Made by a program: the position numbers and the translations under genes. Of a stretch of DNA of 18,129 nucleotides, positions 1 through 9,974 are shown one piece after another (within the stretch, counting starts at the first letter, position 1; each line of letters opens with the position of its first letter). The DNA is from Anthoceros angustus (taxonomy: Eukaryota; Plantae; Anthocerotophyta), in assembly GCA_010909165.1 (NCBI GenBank), contig VJWM01000403.1, forward strand, positions 1 through 18,129. The letters run 5' to 3'. The notes under the pieces are model-generated. The model was not told the DNA's origin, ran no database searches, and worked only from the letters and a program-made list of their open reading frames with translations.

Positions 1-1498
1 GCGACGAAAATACACAACTGGGCCGAAGCCTTGGGTATGGTATATCTTGTCAAGAAATTCGACACTACCTACTACCCGGTGAGTTTGTGTTCTATGTAGA
101 CCACTTTCTGAAGCATCGGTGAATAAGGCGGACTGTCGGACGGATATAAGGTGGATATTGTTCTGCGAGTTCACGTTGAGTGGAAACAAGACAAGGAGGC
201 GCACCAAAATGCATTTCACACGATTGAAAGCAGGCGGTGTTGAGAGATCGGGAAGATGCGTTCCGGATGAGACATTGGTTGCCGATAAAAGTACAACCGG
301 AGAGCCCAGCCGAACCCCAAGCTACGAGCGGCAGCCTTAGCGAGCGGAGGGGAGGGTCGCGTCCAGACCTCTGAAGAAATGGCGGTACCTCGGGAATGGA
401 GCTTCCGAAAATCGACTCGTGGAGGGAGGCATTCGTGCACTATGCTCGACCCTTGAATGTACAACGGTGTGTGTTCAAATTAGGGCGGGAGTAGAGCGAA
501 GGTACTTACAGCGAGCAGGAGGCGGTCGTCGAGGAATGCACGAAGGATTGGGGTGGACACTGCAGGTCACCACCAAAAGATTTTGGCGGGATCGGTGGCC
601 AACAATGTATGGGGACACCCACCGGTTTGTGAAGAAGTGTGATGCTTGTCGTGGATCGGAAAGCCAACCCCGACGGTGCTAGTACCGATGTATTGGCACC
701 TTTGAAAAGTGGGGTATTGACTTTGTTGGACCTATCGACCTCGACAAGACACACACAAAGGAGATACATCACGGTGGCAGCGGACTCGCACGGTGGGTAG
801 GCGGTGGCGACAGAGCGGACTCATAATACGTGGCCAAATTCACTGCGAGAACATCATAACCCGATGGATGTCGCTGCGGTTGGTAAGTGATAGGGGAACC
901 CATTTCCTTAATGATGTGGTGGCCGCCATGACGGAGTATTTGCATCAATCATCGGCACCCTACAATCCTAAGGCCAATGGGTGCAGAGAGAAGACAAATG
1001 GGCTCATCTGCGGGATCTGAATAAACTCACGATGAACTACGCCCATGAGGGATACCAAGGCGCCATCCGCCGGTGGGCGTTCGGACGGCGAAGGTGACCA
1101 CACGGACCCTTACTTCTTGACCTACGGACACTCTCCGTAATGCCGGTGGGGTTTGAAGTGCCCACTTTTCGAGTAATGATGGAAGGAGGCGGCGGAGAGG
1201 AAAGCCAGCTCGGCGACTCTTGGGGTTTGTGCCACACGGAGGGAAGAAGCTCGGTGAAGATGCAGATTGGTGCAAAACCAGTGAAGATTTGTACGATCGC
1301 CATTGCGGAATCGGGAGTATGTAAAGGAAGGGACTGGCCCTCCTTTATGATAGTCACATGCATTTTCAGCAAACTTCACGAGATGGATGGGTCCGTACCA
1401 AGTGGTGCAAGTATATGACAACGGGTCCGTCCCTCGGCACTAGATGGAGGCTGCCCACTCGGGTGAGCGGGTGGCGGGTGAAGAAGTATCATGCTTAG
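1..1498 (+). pseudogene. pol: Ty3/Gypsy pol relic (RNase H C-terminal part and integrase), non-chromovirus type, frameshifted; starts outside the window
   Basis: Manual translation across frameshifts gives RNase H-type ALGMVY-VKKF / FYVDH / RWIL-F-EF (1-235). It then gives the integrase Zn-finger H..GGH...WPTMY.D...FVKKCDAC (~540-650), FEKWGIDFVGPI (701-736), LVSDRGTHFLNDVV, SAPYNPKANG, the GPY/F motif RWMGPYQVVQVYDNGSV (~1381-1431) and terminal RVKKYHA* (stop 1496-1498). The RH-INT order is Gypsy, and no chromodomain follows the integrase. Confidence 0.92.
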
Positions 1499-2057
1499 TG
1501 TTGGCGGAGGCATGAGATGAGAAGGGAGTATGTGGGCTATGCACTTCCCAGGAGTTAGGAAATAAGTAGGGTTTTTTTTTTAGGATTGAAGGATAAATAA
1601 GGCGGAAAAGGAGGAATAAATTGGGGTGGCGCCCGGGGCTCGGGCTCCGGGCCGACCACTCACCACTGTCCGGACCCGGTAATCGTCAGGACCACGAGGT
1701 CGGACCCCGAGACAAGGTGGGACCAGGCCGGACCAGCATGGGACTCCAGAGTTCGGGTGAGGCGGACCTCGAGGACCTGCGGCGATGGAGGAGCCGCCGA
1801 CTTCTAGGGGCCAGGTGGCCACGTGAGGACCCGAGGAGGGGCCGAGGAGGATGGCGTCGTGGTGGCGGTTGTCGACCGATGCTAACGGCGAGTTAGGGAG
1901 AGGAGGGCCGCCTCACGGATCATCCGATTGGGGCACCTGTCGGGGGAATTGGACCACCCATTCCGGCGGGGCCAGGACCTCCAGCCTCCGCAGTCGGCGG
2001 AAGGAGATGGGGGGTAGGATGGTAGGCGGCGATTAGGGTATACCGGCGCTATCACTC

Positions 2058-2067
2058 GAATAGGGGG
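2058..2067 (+). other. Probable polypurine tract of the Gypsy element
   Basis: GAATAGGGGG lies immediately before TGTAAT at 2068, about 560 bp downstream of the pol stop, in the expected position and orientation. Confidence 0.55.
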
Positions 2068-2505
2068 TGTAATAAAAAGCGCCACCTTGGGCGCGATATA
2101 AGAAGAGGCGCTCTAGTAAAGCATCTTTCTCTTGGTGTGTTGATGCCGCGTTCTTGCGAGACCTTTGTGAGTCTTCTTGCTAACGTGAGTCTGAGTCGGC
2201 GAGCCACGCTCGGGAGATTGATCAAGGTCCCGTGACGGACTTAACGTTGCGTGGTGTGTGCGGGAAGGGTGGTGACCCGTGCTCGTCCCGGCCAGCGGCC
2301 CGAGCGGATGGGAACGTGAGCCGGAGGAACTCGGAGGTGTGTAGAGGCAGACGGAGAGGCGGCGGAACGACGGAGGAGGTCGGATGCTAACCAGCGTGTC
2401 TTTTCTAAGAGAAGAGTGTAGCGTGAGGAGAGAAGAAAGGGGATGCGTGAAGGATGTATGTGAACGATACGGAGCAGGTCCTAAACGTTTAGCCATACCG
2501 ACTGT
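2068..2505 (+). repeat. Probable 3' LTR of the Gypsy element (right boundary approximate)
   Basis: It starts with TG right after the PPT and has a TATA-like GATATAAGAAG near 2095-2105 followed by a CT/GT-rich tract. It is non-coding up to where the Copia RNase H C-terminus begins (~2510). No second LTR copy is in the window and no clean terminal CA was found. Confidence 0.5.
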
Positions 2506-2509
2506 ACGT

Positions 2510-3900
2510 GATGAGTAGTTAGGAGTATGTGTGTGTCTCGAGGCCGAACGAGCACTAAGGACGGTAAGAATCACCAAACGCGTAACGCCCTATCATTCCC
2601 TTGGGGCGGACTTCTTCCTACGACACGGGATTGTTCGCCCCGCCATCGAAAGTCCCGCCCACGTAGATGTGATTCTTGGATAACGCTATGCTGATTGGTT
2701 ATCACACCATACCTTGTGAGCTCCTCTGGCGGTTGTTGGAACCTCTAAGGAAAGAACGATCCGGATCACCTCACGGGCTTGAGACAAAGCTCCATACTCG
2801 ACTCAGATAAACAAATGGTAGTCAACTTTTGCTCGACCACGAAACCGAGCCTCCTAATAAATTGCAATATCGCTATGCTTCTCCTAGAGTCCGGGTCCCC
2901 AGCCCGATGCATCACAAGAAGATGTGAGGATCAGCCTCCACATTGCTACTTGAGCCCTAGAGTGCCCTTTAAATAACGGAAAATCCGTTTCCTATCCAAA
3001 GGAGCTTCACCGGATTCTCGAGGGAAAGAACATTACTATGACCTCGCAATGTCCAACCGCGTCCAGCTGCTAAATAGATGAGACTCGGCTTGCCTGTAAG
3101 GGCGTGAGGACATCAAGTCCTTCTCCTCTTGTGTTGCCGGGCATTGCTCCTTTGTGACTTCTCACCATAGACATTGGAGTCGAGGCAAGATCGACATATG
3201 GAACGTTGTAACAACCGTGAACAAAATGTTCACGGATTTCATGTGCCTATCAGAGAACGGCCCGAACTCCTAAAGAAAAACATAACTCACCTAAATCATC
3301 ATGTCAAAAGCAGACAACAAGACACTCTTAATTCTAGCCATCAAAACCAAAGATGTACTAAAGGAAGTTATCATCAACGACAATATTAGGAAATCCTCTC
3401 CATCCCAAAGTATATAGACACTACTATCAAGATCTAAACATATGAATCCTAACTCAATAAGCAAAGCATGAAATGTTTCATTCGAGCTCTCGGATTGCTT
3501 GAGGCCATAAAGTGTTTTAAGTAGCAAACAAACTTTGTCCTTGTCCACTTGAAAGCCCTCCGTTACATATATATTTCTTCTTCAAGTGAGCCATTAAGAA
3601 AGTCGTCTTCACGTCGAAATGGTGGACATGTAGTCGTAATGGGCTGCCAAAGATAATAAGATCCTAAGCTATTTGACCACGGGAGCGAGCGTCTCATTGT
3701 AATCCAAACCAGCAACTTGGCATCATCCTTTGGCAACAAGCCTTGCCTTATATCGCCCACGCTACCATCGATTGAGCTTCTTTTAAAGACCCACTTACAT
3801 GAGGACAGTTTGCGACACGGGGTAAGTCCACAAGTTTCAAGTACCATTAGCTATGAGAATTATACTCAGTCTATGGCCTTCCAAAACCGGATTGGACCTC
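2510..3900 (-). pseudogene. pol: Copia-1 reverse transcriptase and RNase H relic
   Basis: CKWVFK and FLNGSLEEEIYM (ORF 3563..3847), KVCLLLKTLYGLKQS (ORF 3291..3548), VDD at 3378-3370 with the preceding Y lost, AGDPDSRRS...LLGGS.VSWSSK...EYGALSQ (~2930-2775), WCDNQSA (~2715-2690) and ILT near 2571-2563. Confidence 0.92.
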
Positions 3901-4399
3901 TAAAGCCTCCTTATATAGCTGGTTCACCTAAGGAGGAGGAGGCACTAAGCGTGAGCAAAATGAGAGTCCAAGCAGCAAGGCCAACTTGAAAGAAGGATCA
4001 AACCACTCATGCATTGGTCGACGAAGACGAGAGGAACGTCTAATGGGAACATCTTCAGCAGGAGTAGAAGTAGCATCTATGTGTTCCGCTTCAAGGTTGA
4101 TAGAGAGGAGGATCAACAGAGAGTTCATGTGCATCGGTTAGCTAGAGTAGGCTCAAGAGGTGGAGGGTCAACTAGGGGTTCAACAAAGTGAACGGCAATG
4201 GGAGATAGGACCATCTCATCGATTCGAGAAGGTGATGATTGGGACGCATGTTGGGCCCCGTGAAGCTGAAGTTGAGCCTACAGTGAATCTTCAAAATCAA
4301 AGATGGAAACATCGTGTCATTATCGACAACATAATCCATGTCATCATCTACACCATGAATTGTAGTAGTGGTCGAGAAGAGGAGAAAGCAAATCATGTC

Positions 4400-5640
4400 T
4401 TCGCAACAAAGCATGCTCATGAAAAATGACACTACGAGAATATGACAGCTGCCTTGTGCTGGGATCAAAGCGACTTATAGCCCTTCACATCTTGACATAA
4501 CCAACAAAATACGCCTTCGCCTTGGGATCTAGCTTCTTTGCGAAGTTGAGAAGGAACAAGAGCATATGTTGGGCTGCCAAAAATCCATAAATGTGTGATG
4601 CGAGGCTTCTTGCCTATCCACCGCGTTCATAGGGGTGATGAGCCCAAGTTCCTTCGTGGGAGTCGATTCGAACATAATTCGCAGCAACAAGTGCCTCAAT
4701 AGCCACAGTTAAACCGGTAAAGATAAGCTAGAAAGTGGCTACAAGAGTCCTATTTTCCGCTCAGCAAAAGCATTACATGCGGGGTACATGGAGCAGTGAA
4801 GCGATGGATCACTCCTTCGAAGAACAAAACCGAAAAGCATGATGATATATTCTCCACCATTATCGGATCGAAAATCTTGAGCTTACTGTGCGCCTGCATG
4901 CCATGGTGACAAAATCTTGAAAACAAAAAGTATCACTTTTCATGGAGCACGTGAAATGCGATGCTTGGCTCACTCGTCAATAAAGGTTAGAAAATAATAG
5001 GCACCACTAAAGGATCTTTGACATGGGTCCACAAAGGTCACTATGGAGTGTATGAAGGAGACTAGGAGCTCTAGACATATTTTGATCTCGAAAGGGTTGG
5101 GAGATGGCTTTACTTACTTGACATGAGTCACAAAATGCCTGGTTGTCAAAGGGAAAAGACAAGGAATCTCGAAAGGAAGTGTTGTTCACTATAGGCGCTG
5201 AAATTAACATGCCCTGGCGCCAAAGTTGAGTAGGAGAGAGAGATGTAGTTTGACTAACTTGAACAGTGCTCTGTTGTGGCAGGGTTCTAACATTCAAGAG
5301 ATACAAGTCATTATAAGGAGTGCGGAAAAATTTCATCCCAACCGGGTATGCTAGAGATAGAAACAATCTGGTCAAAGCAAATCCTACAAGAGTGTTCCTC
5401 GGTTAGTTTAATGATGTACATCAAGTTTTTAGTCATTCTTTGGGACAAAAGTACACTTGTAAGAATCATGACATCCCAATTAGGTAACTCAATCGATCGA
5501 ACCCGGCCCTTAATGGAAAGACCACTATCATCTCTCCTAAGCAGGCTGGTGGTTATCGAAGGTACAAAATCACGAAAAGCACACATCATAGCGAGATATG
5601 GTGGTGGCCCCGAATCTAAAAACCACATATCAAAACATGG
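4400..5640 (-). pseudogene. pol: Copia-1 protease, GAG-pre-integrase and integrase relic
   Basis: WFLDSG (5625-5608), CDSCQVSK and LHSDLCGPM (ORF 5007..5375), RSDNGGEY (4870-4847), an AERK-RT-like segment near 4775-4745, and IFGSPTYALVP...KLDPKA...FVGY...VKGYK near 4585-4470. Confidence 0.9.
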
Positions 5641-5740
5641 GTTGACACCAAACAAACAGCTAATATGGAAGGGCATAGTTGGTTTGGATGCGATCAAATT
5701 TGATTGTGGATTGCCTTCCTTGCGGGGTTCACCACTTCTT

Positions 5741-6755
5741 CTAATCCCTCTCATAATGGCACAGGAACCTTACACCAATTACATGTAAGGTTTTCCTTTG
5801 AGGTTGGGTGGCTTGGCATTGAATAGCCACCTCGTCCTTGTCCTACGCCTCGTCACACAAGCTCCCTGCCTCGGCGAGAAAAGAGAACTACAGAGGTTCT
5901 TGTTTGCCTTTGTGAAAACTCTAGTACGCTTTGATAACTGAAAGGTAACTCTCACTGGCCGGGATGCTGTGGGGGGAATTGAAATGAATGGCCTTGGCAG
6001 ACTTGTTCCCAGTGGCTCTGTGGCGCCAGCTTGTCCTAAAATAAAGTACATGTATCAGTATGGGATAAGAGATCTGCTGTCATCATGCCATAAAATTCTT
6101 GTATGAATACTACTTGTCCTTAAAGGTGGTGCCAAACATGTTTCATCCAAGTGCAACATGTTCGCTCTGAGGCGTGAGCAGGTCTCTGGTGTTCTTCGGC
6201 AGGATGTCACGACTGTAGATAGTAGCTTCGTTGGGGCAAATCTCAATAAAGCCATTGCATTTCCTGAATTTTGCAATACATGAGATTCAATCTTCACTTG
6301 GTTGTTTGAAACACCATGGTTGATGTGGATGCCCCGTTGAGGGGCGTTAATAAATCTACGTGAGAATGGGAGTCACTTGTGATGCTTCTTGAGGCGGTGA
6401 ACCCCTTGACAGATTCTTCCGGAGCATTTTGTTGGCTCACGCCTTCGACTAAAATGAAACCATCGCTCAGGCAAAGCGATGCCGAGACCTTCATTCCTCG
6501 AGTAGGCGCTTGATGTCCCTCGCGCATCAGCCAGGCTCGTCAGTTACTCGGCTACGATACGCCAAAGCAATCGAGTCGGAGGCACGGCGGGTGCGGCGAG
6601 GCATGGCCTTCGAGATAGATGAAAGAAGCGGTTATTTGATGAGGAAAAGGGAAAACAATATACCGCGAGTTCTTAGTGCATTTTGTTGCCCCTGCAAATC
6701 TTTACTATTTCTTCATTAGGACTTATGCGTCAGCCGTGCGACTTCTTGAGGACAT
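5741..6755 (-). pseudogene. gag: Copia-1 gag relic (UBN2-type gag and CCHC zinc knuckle)
   Basis: N-terminal YLEGH-like motif near 6600-6620, A-I-L-LSD-like segment (SLCLSDG, ~6460-6485), and knuckle C-NW-C-KVP-(G)-H-YERD-* at 5783-5741 with a frameshift and the last Cys replaced by TAG. The start at ATG 6755-6753 is tentative. Confidence 0.7.
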
Positions 6756-6809
6756 CTGGGTCATGAGCACAGGATCTCCCTTAGCAATTGTTTTGGGCTG
6801 CGGACAAAA

Positions 6810-7574
6810 GCGGACATGAGGAGGCGTCGGGCCGTTGAAGCGGGCATGAATCCTCGACTGAAATTTTATCATGGCAGAAAGTGCAACCCGATCTCATCCT
6901 ATCCTCTCGGAAAATCAACAACGGACTTTGCACAAATGAGAGCTGTGGACAAAGCGGCATTGGATAGCTCTGAGTCGGTGGGCATGTAATAGATCGGGCG
7001 TAGGGTAGCTTGACTCGGACATGGGGCATGCTGCCAGCCGAGCTGCAAGCGAAACTGGCACCGCCATTGATACGTATTGTGAGATCAGATGGAGGCGATT
7101 TATGCCGTAACTTTGCTTGAAAGAGACATATAAGCTCGATCTCACCAGCGCCCGGTTCGTGCTCACTTGAGTCATCCGAGGGAGGAGGCACCATGTCCTC
7201 ATGTCCATCGATGCCCAGCGTGCGGCTGGCGTGGGGCCAACCAGGAGGCTCAACACCTTCTTCGGATGGCGCCTGCCTTGGCCCGTTTCCATTCAATGCA
7301 GTCTACATTATTTGAAAACACAGCAAGATCCTCATGGCTGATGGGCGATACTCTCGTCAAAGCCCTTGGCGGTTTTCGTGCTCCGAGGAGATTCCATGTC
7401 CGTCCATCAACAATGTTATCCATTCTATCAAGGCGCCATAGCTTCCATTGTGTGCAAGCGAACTCGGAGTAGGGGCGGGGTGCTCGTGTCTCGAGTGGGG
7501 CCGAGGGCTAGTAGACCCACGGGCTTTGTTGCGGCGGAAGAGCAGCGTGCGAGGAAGGCCACCATTGAAAGGGG
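6810..7574 (+). pseudogene. pol: Copia integrase and INT-RT linker relic on the plus strand (Copia-2), heavily degenerate
   Basis: DSDMG (7012-7026, resembling HSDxxGP), ETG.AI then IRIVRSDGG (7070-7096), LMG-Y-S..KA-W-R-like SH3 segment (~7338-7400), and RKSSVRGRPPLK (~7535-7570) resembling the RRSxRxRxPP linker. Several deletions and frameshifts are needed to join the motifs. Confidence 0.6.
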
Positions 7575-8172
7575 TGAGATGATTACTTCTCATTGAATCA
7601 TGCCCCATGTATGAGGAAAGCAAGCCTAGATGTGTCGGTGAGATGGATTTTGAATTTGTGAGTGAGGCCTTGGGCATGAATGGGCAAGATGTTAGAAAGG
7701 TGAGAAAAACTTTGGACATGTATCTAAAATTTCTATTGCCCTTTGTTGTGATGCTCGGTACTTTGTTTGTGATGCTCAAGAGCTTTGTTTGTGATGCTCG
7801 ATGCATTGTTTGTGATGCTCGAAGTATGCATTGTTTGTGATGCTCGAAGTCTGCTTTGTTTGTGATGCCTGAGGTCTGCTTTGTTTGTGAGCCTAGAAAC
7901 AGCGAACCCTCAAGCACTGCACAGACATGCGGCTTCACCCCCACTAGTCTGGGAAGCTTGGAACCAGCACTCACACGCACATGCCAGTCTGTGAGCCTAG
8001 TGAAATGTAACTACATGATCAGAGAACACAAAGCTATCAAGATTGAATAGAATTGATTGATTGTTTACAATGTAGGTGTGCCTCTTAGAAAAGGTGTAAC
8101 GGTTCAAGCGAGAACCCTAACTAGGATTAACTACCTAGGTTAGAACTGACTCTAATTAATGGTATTCACACA
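7575..8172 (-). repeat. LTR-like block, unit A (3' LTR of the minus-strand Copia-3); distal boundary uncertain
   Basis: On the minus strand a PPT AAGGGGG (8179-8173) follows the RNase H end and precedes TGTGTGAATACC. The distal end is either CATCTCA at 7575 or a shorter LTR ending near 8000-8016. Confidence 0.65.
7741..7896. repeat. 25-bp minisatellite, about 6.6 units, unit A copy (consensus CTTTGTTTGTGATGCTCGAAGTCTG)
   Basis: Contiguous units without spacers. The first three units are shortened by small deletions relative to the unit B copy. Confidence 0.95.
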
Positions 8173-8189
8173 CCCCCTTAATTCTAGGA

Positions 8190-9262
8190 AGGATAATCGC
8201 TCTCAAGGTATTGAAGACAAGCCCAACATCTCTGACAGTAAAATGGTATAGGGCGCGACACGAACTGGCACCGCCAAAGAGTGAAGACATAACGATGTCG
8301 ACTTTCTAGAGTCCGGATCACCCAATCAGTCTGTCCATCCTAGAAGCTTGTCTTGTGCACCCTCACCACGATATAAGTGATACGATGTCTTTGTCTTTTG
8401 AAGATATCGAAGGATGCGCTTTGCAGCCACCCAATGTGGCTTCGAGGCTTGGCGAGTGTGATTACATGCACAAGCAACATCAAGTCTGGTATTCTGAACC
8501 AAGTGTTGTATACTGCCTACAATGCCTTTATAGGGTATATCCTTCATTTCTTCTATCTGCGCAGAGTGCTTGGGCACATAGAGGCATGCTTCGGTTGCAT
8601 AGGGGTGTCAATAGGTTTACAATTTTGCATCCCGATACTTTTCTAGCATGTCTATAATGTACCTCTCTTGATGAAGACTAATGCTATTTGCGTTAATGAT
8701 AACCTATACTCCAAGTAGAAACTTGATGACCCCATTGTCAGTCATCGAAACTCCTTCGAGTTCACTTTTGATCAAGTTGAGAAAGCCAAGGTCATTGGAA
8801 CAAAGAACAAGGTCGTCAACATAAAGACCCAATATAGTCTGAGTTACCTTGTCTTCTTATGAAGACACTTGAATGCATAGGACTTGATGAAGCCACAGCT
8901 AAGGAGAAAGATTTGCAATCTCTCATACGACGAGGCGATTGTTTTAATCCGTATAAGGTCTTGTGGAGTTTACGAGACTTTGTGGGCTTCACCATATTTG
9001 ATATAGCCCTCCGGTTGTTGTAGATAGATTTCTTCTCGAAGGGCCATTCGGGGAAGGCCGTTTGTACATCCATTTGATGTACATGAAGGTTGTGGATGGC
9101 GAGAGAGCAAGCATGATCCAAAGGTAAGCTTCGGTATGCGAGCTTTCCTTTTGATAATCTAAGCCATCCTTTTGGGTAAAACCACATGCAACAAGTCTAG
9201 CTTTGTACTTGGAAAGACTTCCATCGACATTATATTTCTTCTTTAATATCCATTTGCTTGTC
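8190..9262 (-). pseudogene. pol: Copia-3 RT and internally deleted RNase H, unit A
   Basis: IVTSKWILKKKYNVDGSLSKYKARLVACGFTQKDGLDY (from ~9262), HQMDVQTAF, LHKTLYGLKQSPR, LYVDDL (YVDD 8823-8812), YKGIVGSIQHLVQNTRLDVA, HWVAAKRILRYLQKT, LLGWTD. Confidence 0.95.
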
Positions 9263-9371
9263 ACGATACTTACGCGGGAGGAGGCAGTGCTCGTGCTAAA
9301 GTGGAGCCAGGGCTAGTAGACCGCGCAGAAGTTGCTCAAGAGCAGCGTGTCTGAGAGCCACCATTGAAAGG

Positions 9372-9956
9372 TGAGATGATTACTTCTCATTGAATCATGC
9401 CCATGTATGAGGAAAGCAAGCCTAGATGGCCAATCAGTGAGATGGATTTTGAATTTGTGAGTGAGGCCTTGGGCATGAATGGGCAAGATGTTAGAAAGGT
9501 GAGAAAAACTTTGGACATGTATCTAAAATTTCTATTGCCCTTTGTTGTGATGCTCGAAGTCTGCTTTGTTTGTGATGCTCGAAGTCTGCTTTGTTTGTGA
9601 TGCTCGAAGTCTGCATTGTTTGTGATGCTCGAAGTCTGCATTGTTTGTGATGCTCGAAGTCTGCTTTGTTTGTGATGCCTGAGGTCTGCTTTGTTTGTGA
9701 GCCTAGAACAACAACCTCACACCGCAGACATGCGGCTTCACCCCACTAGTCTGGAAGCTTGGAACCAGCACTCACACGCACCGTGAGCCTAGTGAAATGT
9801 AACTACATGATCGGAGAACACAAAGCTATCAAGATTGAATAGAATTGATTGATTGTTTACAATGTAGGTGTGCTTAGAAAAGTTATGTTCAGCGAGAACC
9901 CTAACTAGGATTAACTACCTAGGTTAGAACTGACTCTAATTAATGGTATTCACACA
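9372..9956 (-). repeat. LTR-like block, unit B (copy of 7575-8172)
   Basis: Same sequence as unit A, from TGAGATGATTAC at 9372 to GTATTCACACA at 9956, followed by CCCCCTT (the minus-strand PPT). Confidence 0.65.
9540..9705. repeat. 25-bp minisatellite, about 6.6 units, unit B copy
   Basis: Six near-full units plus a partial seventh, in the same variant order as unit A (CTTT, CTTT, CTTT, CATT, CATT, CCTGAGG variant, GAGCCTAG end). Confidence 0.97.
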
Positions 9957-9974
9957 CCCCCTTAATTCTAGGAA

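Larger units (their letters stand above)
2510..6768 (-). mobile_element. Ty1/Copia LTR retrotransposon internal region (Copia-1), degenerate, with no LTRs recognisable in the window
   Basis: Ordered minus-strand motifs gag (6700-5741), PR WFLDSG (5625-5608), INT HSDLCGPM (5045-5022), RT CKWVF / LYGLKQS, RNase H CDNQSA (~2715-2690). The order gag-PR-INT-RT-RH is diagnostic of Copia. Confidence 0.93.

Noticed and set aside
2699-2704. TTATCA as the end of the Gypsy LTR
   Set aside because: It is the reverse complement of the Copia-1 RNase H CDNQ codons.
119-6719. Plus-strand ORFs over Copia-1 (e.g. 5348..5788, 3717..3989) and minus-strand ORFs over the Gypsy (e.g. 1037..1372, 2113..2577) as genes
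   Set aside because: They are antisense or off-frame shadows of retrotransposon sequence with no independent motifs.
7357-7980. Longest ORF in the track (207 aa, minus strand) as a gene
   Set aside because: It runs through the LTR-like block and minisatellite (repetitive ASQT/ITNK peptides), has no domain motif, and is broken in the unit B copy.
7741-9705. 25-bp repeats as CRISPR arrays
   Set aside because: The units are contiguous with no unique spacers, they lie inside LTR-like DNA in a eukaryotic TE context, and there are no cas-like ORFs.
7575-9956. A complete small LTR element bounded by two LTRs
   Set aside because: Homology extends outside the LTR-like blocks on both sides, and there is no PBS or gag. 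It is a tandem duplication.
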